Source: Lytechinus pictus (lineage: Eukaryota). Taken from it: a DNA stretch of 60,000 nt. Both the position numbers and the translations under genes were made by a program. Positions 50,895-60,000 of the stretch are shown here, in pieces (position 1 is the first letter of the stretch; each line of letters begins with the position of its first letter). The stretch covers positions 30,878,001 to 30,938,000 of the forward strand of contig NC_087245.1 in NCBI RefSeq assembly GCF_037042905.1, given 5' to 3'. Below the pieces are notes generated by a model. It saw only the letters and a list, made by a program, of their open reading frames with translations. It had not been told where the DNA came from and did no database searches.

Positions 50895-52121
50895 CACAGT
50901 GGGCCGGGGCGAAACAAAAGTGCGCCAAAAGTCATTTTGGGCAATTTCAGATTTTTAATTTTTGTCATGCCCAACTGAAAGACAACACTTTGAAGAAGAC
51001 TTCAGCAAAATATTTCATTCGGGAATTTGCATAAAGGTTTTTAATTTCCTACCTCAAATCGTAAAATGTGACATTTTGCGAAATGCCGCGTATATGACAA
51101 CTTAGTTGAAAAACAAGCCATTTCACAGGAGGTTTTTCATTAAGGAATCTGAAATGGCACCCACATAATCCTGATATACTCCTTTTTTGTGTGAAATGGT
51201 TCAAAGTAGATAAAAGACACATTTCAGGAGGCTTATAAGATAATTATTCCTCGAAATAGGCTGATAATCCATATTTTTTGCATTTACATTAGAAACGTTT
51301 GGATTTCCGTGGATTTCCGTTTAAATTCTATCACCATCATTTTGCCAGATGTCTAAGCTTTAAGTCGATACCAAATGTAGCTGCCCGTTTTTGCCCGTTT
51401 TCATGTTAGAGCCGATTTTACTTGACACAACACCCCCAAAACCTGTTAAAAAACGGTCTGAGTTTTATACCGCGCAGTCATCGCAGCGCACCGTGTGGGG
51501 TGTACATTGCCGTTCATTTTTGCACGGCGAGGACGATTCCCCTTCCATTCCATGAAAAAGACATGAATTCCGGGCATAATGCAAACAAAATAAAGGTTGA
51601 TAACGCATATAAAGGCTACCCGCCCCTCTTCCAGAGATAAAAATTAGGCCTACCTGTAGAATAATTTCAGCCCAAAACCCTCCTCACAGTAAAACATTCG
51701 TGGTGTTATATACTCTGCGTTTTACCCAATTCTACACCGCTTGACAAAGCACGGTTAATATTTTTCAGATTTTTAAGTATTTTTTTAATCTAATGATCAT
51801 TTTGATGCCATAAATTATTTTCAGGATCTCATACACACTTGTTAGGCATGTCAGAAGCATAAACCAACATTCAATCTGGTCAATCTTAAAGTAACAGATA
51901 ACACAAAGTTTATATACTACACATTGTTTAGCATAATTTGTCTTTTCACAGATAGGTTTTAAGTAGCCAATCAAAATTTGGTATCAAAGTGACGTCATAT
52001 CGGCTTTGAATTATGTTCAGTCGATTCTACGCCCCAAATTACCCTTAATCAACATGTTTAAGTAAAAATATAACATGGAATATAATTTTGGCACACTTTC
52101 AACTCATTCTGGCCCACTGTG
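50895..52121. mobile_element. Non-autonomous Transib-like transposon (1227 bp)
   Basis: Termini CACAGTG / CACTGTG, imperfect TIRs of about 36 bp, GC-rich 5-bp TSD CGCCG (50890-50894, 52122-52126). No long ORF. Confidence 0.85.
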
Positions 52122-53904
52122 CGCCGCCGCCGCCGTCGCCGTCGGAAAAGTGGCGCCTATAGTCTCACTCTGCTATGCAGGTGAGACAAAAAATTGAAAT
52201 TTTTGCTTGCTCGCTTCACAACTTTTTAATACATTTTACCCGATCTGCCATATTTTACTCCTTCAAAATTGAGTCAATACACCATTGCCATTGAAAGACA
52301 TGAATCCTTTCCTATTCGTACATAATTTGTACATAATTAAACTTGGTGAAAGATTCAATAACCCCTTGAAAATAGGATGCATGTCTTTTATAGGTACCAT
52401 AACATAATTTGTTTCACATAATAAAAGGATTTAAATAATTACAAATTCTCCCAATCAATAATGCAAATTTTCTTACTTGAGTTGACAAAAAGTCTACTTT
52501 TCTAACTTTTGAAGGAAAATTCAAAGGTAAAAGAAGTTTAAATGAAAAACAAAATAATTCAGGTAAATAAATAAATTTGTAAATGAAATTTGACAGCATT
52601 ATTTGAAAATTATGGCAAAGATAATGAAAAGATTAAGAGGAAGTTTGCTGATTTCTGCCATTTTGGCGCAAGCCTCCTTTTGAACCCCCGACAAAAACGT
52701 CCCGTGTTCGCTCAAGCATGAACAAATTTTTTTTTTTCAATAGCATTTGAAAGATAAGATCTCAGAGCTTAAAATATAGATATAATAATTTGAAACAAAT
52801 TTTTAATAGACTTTTCCAAACTGTCCCGTTTTTTTATACGCACTGTAGTAGTGTTTATCAAATATTCACAACATCAAATCTTTGTAAGCAAGCCATTTAA
52901 TAGTCGCACTGGCCTTCATTAATTAAAAACAAGTCTCAAATTCAGTGATGTGTCCATAAAAAAAGAGATAGAATGATATGGATTCATTAGAGTTCATATC
53001 ACAAATGTATTCACACGGGCAACAAAAGAATGATCTGAAAATAATGACGTACTCGGGTTCTTTCTGAAGTTTCAAGGGGAAATGTTTCAATAAATTTACC
53101 AATAACTTTTATTCTGACACGGAGACAAATCGTTCTCTCTGTCTTGCTCACTTTACTTTGTCTTTCTCTGTGTACACAGCCCCCCCCCTAACACACACAC
53201 ATCATATCAATCGCCTTCATCTTTACCTTTGCCTCCGTCATCCTCGTCATTTTCATCCTCCTCTCCGTGACCCAAATTATGAAATTATTATTTTTGTTTA
53301 AGAAATAACCCCATTCTGCTTTATAAATGTATCAATTAACTTAATAACAATCTTCATTTCACATATTATGTGATTTTTTTCATTTAAGATATATATTCAT
53401 TCTGCCCCATAAGAAAACTAACTAAATTGATGGGTTTTCATTTATTTATATATAAATCTAATCCTTCTCCCGAAAATTGTGAATGATATAAAAATCTGGT
53501 AGTACTCCATTTTCTTTGCAATGATAATCCACTTGATTTCATGCCCCCGAATAAGCAACATGTTTCGTTAGTTATAAGAAGGAGAGAATTATACGAATGA
53601 CATGAATGCAGAAGAAAATAATAAATACAAAAAGAATTGAAATTTTCGCGACTTTTGTTTATTAAAAGCAGTAAATTTAATGATAGAAGACACGCATACA
53701 GACCAAGGACAAATTCACGTTGTTTTAATGCCTCGCCTCCATGCCTCCATAAAATAGCATTTTTACCTTTATCCCAACATGTTGACTAAGATATATGAAT
53801 AAAAAAATATTTGAAATATATATATTTCTAGTCGTTTCAATCTAATTGCATTTTCACCAAACTCGCGATATTTTTGTTGAGAAATCCCAAATAGCGAGAA
53901 AAGG

Positions 53905-56900
53905 TCATTTGTTTTCTTGCTTGTTCCTTCCGGCTTCCCTGGCCCAACTCTGCTCGTCTCCGGATCCAAAGACCATGAAAATTAAACACGCCAGTAAATT
54001 GATTCCAACGCAGATGAAGAAAACTGTTTGCCAACCTTTAATGTCAGACTGAAAAAAAGAAGAATTGGTTTTGATTTAACATTGAACGGATTTCGGGAAC
54101 ATTTTAGAAAAAATATGTAGCCGATTCATTTGCTTTGGTTTCAAAGCTAGTGAAGAAGATCGTTTGTTAACATTTAATGTCCGACCAATATAAATTCATT
54201 TTTATTTGACGCAAAAAGTTACATAATATGTTACTACATATCTCTTCAACTGAATATAGTCGTGTTAGCATTTCTGTACGATATGATCTTAAATGTGTTC
54301 AGAAATGGTATCCCAAAGGTTTGATAGCATAGGCTTATTCAAATGTGGCATGATTTTTAAATGACATTGCTAAATAAATGGAAGGGCTTATCCACCTGAT
54401 TTGGAGTAAGAACACCGATGACATACGGGCTGAGGCCTCCAGCAAGGGCTGACGCAGAGTTGACCAGCCCAATCAGACTTCCTGCGAGTCTGGGGGCTAT
54501 GTCCATCAGGTTTACGTAGAAACCGGACATGCAAATCCCATTGCAGCCAACTGCGCCTATCATGAACAGAACGGAGAGGGCGGTGTTGCAACCAACGAAT
54601 GCAAGTAGGAGGTAAAACATCGAAGACAAAGTCAACCCTGCAGAATAAACGGAACGAAGAGTTCTTTATCGATTCACAATTCAAAAGAATGGGAAAGGTA
54701 TGGGTACATCGGATAAATTCTGCTTATCTTAATAGGCCTTATGCATGTGACGTCATAATCTGATATCGCCCTCCCTTAGAGGATTACAGGAATTGTCAGA
54801 GATGCGCCAGCTGCAGATCACCAACTAAGGCATAGCCATGGCTCCAGCCTCTAAGATGGCGGCGCGATGGCGTCTCATTCTCGAGTCTCAAGAGCTTTTG
54901 AATGTTAAAGTTCTCCATCATGCCATAGGAGGGTCCTTGGTAAGACTTCAAGATTGTTTGAAAAAAACAGAAAGCATGTTTGATGTTGCCGAAAACCGAC
55001 CAAAGAAGAATGACATGTTTTGGTAACAGTTTTGAAATCACATGTGAGTACGAGTACCTCGCCAAAAGTCATGACGGTGGCCGCTTTAAACATTCCGTGA
55101 GGTTACCCATTCAAATTTCATATTGTACTGTTGTAAGGGGTCGTTTCACATACGAGGTCCGAATGGTTCTTTTAAAAACTTTCATTTAAATGCATTTTGA
55201 TAACATTTTACTTTCTCTCTCAGCTAATTGCAATTTTAGGAAAACATTGATGAATTAGTCCGACAATGTCATACTGCACGTATCTACTTACCAATGAAAG
55301 TCACCAATTTCCTTGTAGCTACCACACTCAAGATCTCTTTATCTAAGAGTCTGTTGCTGATCATGCCACTCAGTACCAAACAGAAGAACTCCATGAGGTG
55401 AGGAATGGCAGCTGTGACACCAATCTGACATAGCAGTCCAAATTAAGCAAAGGGAGAGAATTATGATAGAACAATAGTTAGTTTTGGCTTTATTTTACAA
55501 TACATTGACAGGTATCATCCATGTTACAACATAAGCATGACATGGTAGCATCAAGAAATGAAGTAATGAATGAAAATATAAGCTGCAAAATAAATACCGT
55601 CTACCTGCTAGACATAATGGATATACAGCGGTCTTTGGGGGTTGCCAGTCTCTATAAGGCTTTGGGTTTGAGGCTTTCTTGCCGCGGGATGTCACTTTGT
55701 ATTTTAAGGTATAATCAAAATCATTCCGCAACCTGAAATTCTAACCTACGCCGTTGACTATAAAGCAGTATTTTTGGTATTTTTTGTCATGTTACCTATA
55801 TTTTTCACAAAATGGGTACAAACAACTTTTCTTTTCAAAAATTCCTCTTTTGGCAAGCTATGTACACTTTTAGGTAACCACCCCAAACAATAAATTATTA
55901 TTATTTTTTAAATCGCGTTCGTCTCATTTTTAATGAACCTGCTTAAGAGTCCCCTTCTGAAATATGGAACAATACAAAATAATTGATCATCGTTACAACT
56001 TTGAATATTGACGATAGGGACTTTTCGATTTTAACGTCCACTGGTGGACGTGACGTATAGACTGCTGTGTGAGCGCAGTATGCAACGTCGATGGAAATGA
56101 AGGAGTGAGAGAAACTGAGCATGCCCAACCTTGGCTATTGGTGCCTGACATATCAAGTGTTTGTGACAACGACGTGAGCCCCCCCCCCCCATCACGTTTT
56201 TGGAAAGAAAGAGGACAGACAATAAATTATGAGCCTGCGCATGCTCTGTTCACCGATTTTGTGTACTTTATACAGGATGACGCACTTACGTCACTTGAAA
56301 ATCGAAAATTCCTTAGTAGGCCCTCCATGCTGTAACCAACATTGGCCAACGACTGTTAACTTACCAGTTCAATATCCATTCCTTGGACATGCTTGAGGTA
56401 GATAGGTTGATTCGTGAATAGCACCTGATTGGTCCAAGACGCGCCGAAAGACGTAAAGATCATGGCCCAAACAGGAATAGACGTTAACATGGCAATGACT
56501 GGAATAGAGATCTTTTCTGTCTAAATGAAGCATGGTGTACCGGAGACAACAGTTTAATGCATATAAAACTATGAACTCTATAAACACCCTTAGAAATATA
56601 TATACATATATATATATATCATTATGTAAAGCCAACAACATTGGATTAATCAACAATGTTGACATTTGTGTGGATTTTGTTTCTGCAATCGATAATATAT
56701 TCATGGATATAAAATGACGATTGTCATCCAACATCTAGGGGCCCGTTTCATAAAGGACTTGCAACTGTTGTAACTTTACCATAATGGCAAATACCATGGC
56801 AACAGGGCTCAGCAGCCAATCAGAATCAAGGTTTCCATGGTAGTTGCCATAATGGCAAAGTTACAACAGTTGCAAGTCATTTATGAAACGGGCCCCAGAT

Positions 56901-59536
56901 ACGCAACTAAACACAGAATGAGGTATTTTAGGTCACTATACTGTTACCTCCTCCCTGCCCCCCCCCCCCCTCCCCTCGCACCCAAGCACTTTTGCTCCTG
57001 GTTCCGACAATGCAGTAACTTGCTTTCAAATTTGGAGATGAGCTGATTTGAAATTTCATTCACAGAAATTCGACAGACATTTGTGTAATTTGCCTATAAT
57101 TATGGAAGAAAGTATATCAACGAAAGAAAGAGTGGTGAAAGATAAAAGAGGATAAAGAAATGGAAATTAAGGGTGTTCCTTAACCATTGTCCCGCTTTCC
57201 AAAATAACATTGTATCTTCTTATTGCTGCGAATTAAGAGTTGAATTCACTCACGATTCTAAAGTGGTTTCTTATGCTATCTACGAGTTCTTATTTCATAA
57301 ATAGCTTAGACATGTTAGATGGACATGATTCCTATATTTTTTTACCTCCTTAGAGATAACGGTTGATGAAAGATATTGCTTTTCTTTAGCTGATATCCTG
57401 GGATGACGACCTGGCGTCTCGTAAATACGGACAATCCATACCAAAACTAGCAAAAGCGTAAATCCACCTTATGAAAAAAAAAACATTTCAAAACTGGCGC
57501 TCAGATTTCTGAGAAAAATATTTAGATGAAAATGTCAAATGAGAAGATCAAGATAAATCAATGGCTGTTTAGTTTTACAGAGCGCAAAGAAATCTAAAAT
57601 ATGGTTATGAATATACTTGTAACAACATAAAAATGGCATTTGTCATTTTGTTGTAACAAAGTGTCGACTTCACTGTTAAAAATACTAATAATTTTACAAA
57701 GAAACATCGTAAATTCACAGGATGTTCACATTTTAAAAACAGACGACACAATGATTTAACAAACCAAAAGTATTTATGCAGTGATATGTAACGTATAATT
57801 AAAGGTTAAATGTAATACAAAGTAAAAATATAATAATTTCTCTAAAAATACCAACGAACTATCGTGTTTTTGCGTTGATTGCAGTGCATCTATCGTATAA
57901 ATAGTGTTCGTATTTGTAAATTAACGGCAATTTTCAAGTTAAATGAATGATAAAATGGTCTGTGTGAGGGTGTGTTTGTGTGTGTGTGTGGTTTTTTTTT
58001 ACAGTCATCCATAATTTTTGAATTTTTACAGCCTATCGTAATTTAACAGTTCATACTTTTGTGTGAGTCCCAGCTGCCAGTAATAACAAGTAATACTTTT
58101 TTTTTTTTTTAATTTTTACTTTTTACAGTGTGCTTACAATTATTTAATGGCTAATTCTCGATTTTTTCATATCAATATATAAACATTATCAAAAAAAGTT
58201 ATGGCTTCCTTTCTTCAGATGTTTTTTTTTATAGAAAGCGATTCTTCAAATTAATATAGTTATTTAATGTTGAAGATGGAATTAAATACGTCCTTACCAA
58301 AGAAATAATACGCCAACGGCCATCCACCTAGCACATCTGAACTGGACACAAGACCAGATAAAACAGTTCCTATAAAAGGCCCAAACTTAGAACCTAGAGT
58401 AAGAAAATGGGCATTGTTTTCTTGAGATAGAGTCAAATCCTCAAGTTATGGCAGGTCCAGCTCTTTAAAAGATTTGCATTAAGTCCTACACCGTAAAGGA
58501 TAAAATATCCTATTATGCCGATAAAATTTTTCACAAAAGCACGACTTCGAATGGTCTTAGATCATTGGGAACTAGAACCGTTGAAGCCGTCTCTACAACA
58601 AGGGTCGATAAAAAGTGAATTCTTAAAACAGTTACTCTCAGTGTTCGTGTTGACACGGGTAGGCCGGGTTACACCGGAACCGAATCAGCTGCGAATCCAT
58701 CCGAACACGTATTTGGGTGGCTTCGTGAGTAATCTGTTCTCCCTCCGCGAATGCGAGAAAAATTCAGGAAGGATTTGGGAACATTCGATTCCACCGAAAC
58801 CATCGGAATTAGGCCGAAATCGACTAGAATCGGTCCGAATTTTTTCGGGAGAATTCGGTTTTGGTGTACGTAACCCTGGTTTAGCATAGATCTTAATTCG
58901 GAATGAGTCCTGTGAAAAAGTCCTCTTGGAAGGATGACTCCATGGTCGTCTTTGTGTCTTGTTGGTGCGTTGGTCTTGGTGTTGGTGCGGATGAGTGTTT
59001 TCTTTTAACGATGTGTAGGGTGCGTGGGTGTGTCATTTCATTTTTCATTCAAGTTTGTGAGTTGGTCTTGGTAATGATGAGGGTGTGTATTTTCATTTAA
59101 GGGCGTGTAGCGTGCGTGGGTGTGTCATTTCATTTTTCATTCAAGTTTGTGCGTTGGTCTTGGTAATGGTGAGGGTGTGTATTTCCTTTTAAGGGTGTGT
59201 AAGGTGCGTGAATGTGTGTGTTTATCATTTTCATTTAAAGTCCCCAAAGAATTCATTCATGTCTCTGCGAACATGTCGTGCGATCCTTTACGAACGCCAC
59301 TATTGGCCTTTCGTATTAAACTGATCACAAAATTTATTACCAAGATTGATCTGATACGATCACTGCGATAACTCTACGATTAAGACTACCGTTTCAATCG
59401 TGGCGAAAATTGTTACAGTGGGAACTAGGTATTAATAGTTATACTTACTCGATATTGCAATTGCAAAGGCTGCCGAGAAGTCTTGTGGAGGAAACCAACG
59501 TGCAACCATGGAGCCTAGCGCTGGGTTAGTACCAGC
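53905..59536 (-). CDS. SLC17/sialin-like MFS anion transporter, paralog C (exons 4-10; 5' exons beyond window end)
   Basis: Exons (minus strand) 59536-59449, 58393-58298, 57467-57346, 56520-56365, 55424-55292, 54637-54396, 54048-53905. Lengths 88/96/122/156/133/242/144, GT-AG introns, open frame, closest to gene B. Confidence 0.88.
56739..56895. mobile_element. PIF/Harbinger-like palindromic MITE
   Basis: GGGCCCGTTTCATAAAGGACTTGCAACTGTTGTAACTTT / AAAGTTACAACAGTTGCAAGTCATTTATGAAACGGGCCC, flanks TAG / CAG. Confidence 0.85.
57671..58130. mobile_element. MITE with CACTGT...ACAGTG termini
   Basis: CACTGTTAAAAA start, TTTTTACAGTG end, internal TTTACAG-type repeats. Confidence 0.45.
58661..58881. 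mobile_element. Harbinger-like MITE rich in CCGAA/TTCGG motifs
   Basis: GGCCGGGTTACACCGGAACCGAAT ... ATTCGGTTTTGGTGTACGTAACCCTGGT imperfect TIRs. Confidence 0.6.
58950..59240. repeat. GT-rich 92-bp minisatellite (about 3 copies)
   Basis: TGCGTG anchor at 59021, 59113, 59205 with shared CATTTTCATT and GTTGGTCTTGGT. Confidence 0.8.
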
Positions 59537-60000
59537 CTATATAGATGAAAGAGAACAAGCTATAAATTGATATCTTCCTTTTGATAGATTTTATAATTGT
59601 GTTTCAAACTGAATATGGTGAAGCTAATGATTCTGCAAAATTAAGACATTGAGCATTCGCGTTATGCGTATAAATTCTTTGATTATCGTAGAAGGAAGTG
59701 GAATGTGTGGAAACTTAAGGAATTATCTTTTTTCTAACCAGGTTCGATTTTTTTTCCTGAAGTTCCTGAAATATGCTTTAAGTAACCAAAATGGATGATA
59801 TAAGCAACCCCCTCTCTGCCCCTTCTTAATATTTATTTTCTCTCTATACATAACGATAGCTGGTACGCTTCCACCTTGCATGTACATACATTGTAAAATC
59901 TTGGGTGTTAAACTGACACCAGTTTTAGAATTACACTGTGCAGTTTGAACATAACTCCCAAGAGTGACAACTCAAGATGTTGTAACAATACTCATGAGTG

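Larger units (their letters stand above)
49997..52192 (-). mobile_element. Helentron-associated (HINE/DINE-1-like) non-autonomous element
   Basis: Subterminal inverted repeat GTCTCACCTGCAT (about 50019) / ATGCAGGTGAGAC (52175-52187), terminal hairpin GTCTCAC...GTGAGAC, (GCC)n microsatellite, internal tandem array, A/T-run flanks with no TSD. Confidence 0.75.
49827..52287. mobile_element. hAT-like MITE (second layer of nest)
   Basis: CAGTGGCATA ... TACACCATTG termini. 8-bp near-perfect TSD CCTTTGAA (49819-49826) / CCATTGAA (52288-52295). Confidence 0.65.
49345..52845. mobile_element. Tc1/mariner-like MITE with long TIRs (outermost layer of nest)
   Basis: TA|(T/C)AGTGCG.ATAAAAAAAACGGGACAG ... 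CTGTCCCGTTTTTTTATACGCACTG|TA. Inverted similarity extends about 250-300 bp (e.g. AAAGGAGGCTTGCGCCAAAATG / CATTTTGGCGCAAGCCTCCTTT). Confidence 0.8.

Noticed and set aside
50895..52121. RAG1/RAG2-like coding sequence inside the Transib element
   Set aside because: Only short ORFs with no recognisable transposase motifs. The element is non-autonomous.

Overview
AT-rich eukaryotic (metazoan) genomic DNA with spliceosomal introns. The repeat types suggest an echinoid (sea-urchin-like) genome, which is an inference. The left third is almost all transposable elements: an apparently intact 6.05-kb Sola2-type DNA transposon (834-aa transposase, perfect 24-bp TIRs, TAAA TSD), a full-length CR1/L2-group LINE whose ORF2 has two in-frame stops, a 3.2-kb non-autonomous Sola-like element, and many MITEs and SINEs. 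The rest holds three paralogous SLC17/sialin-like MFS transporter genes with the same exon structure: gene A (+, 10 coding exons, 528 aa), gene B (-, 10 coding exons, 528 aa, with a probable GC-AG intron and a tandemly duplicated intact last exon) and gene C (-, exons 4-10; 5' part beyond the window). Between B and C is a four-layer nested insertion: Tc1-like MITE > hAT-like MITE > Helentron-associated element with a 163-bp satellite > non-autonomous Transib whose ends resemble V(D)J 12- and 23-RSS. Family assignments come from motif recognition, not database searches.
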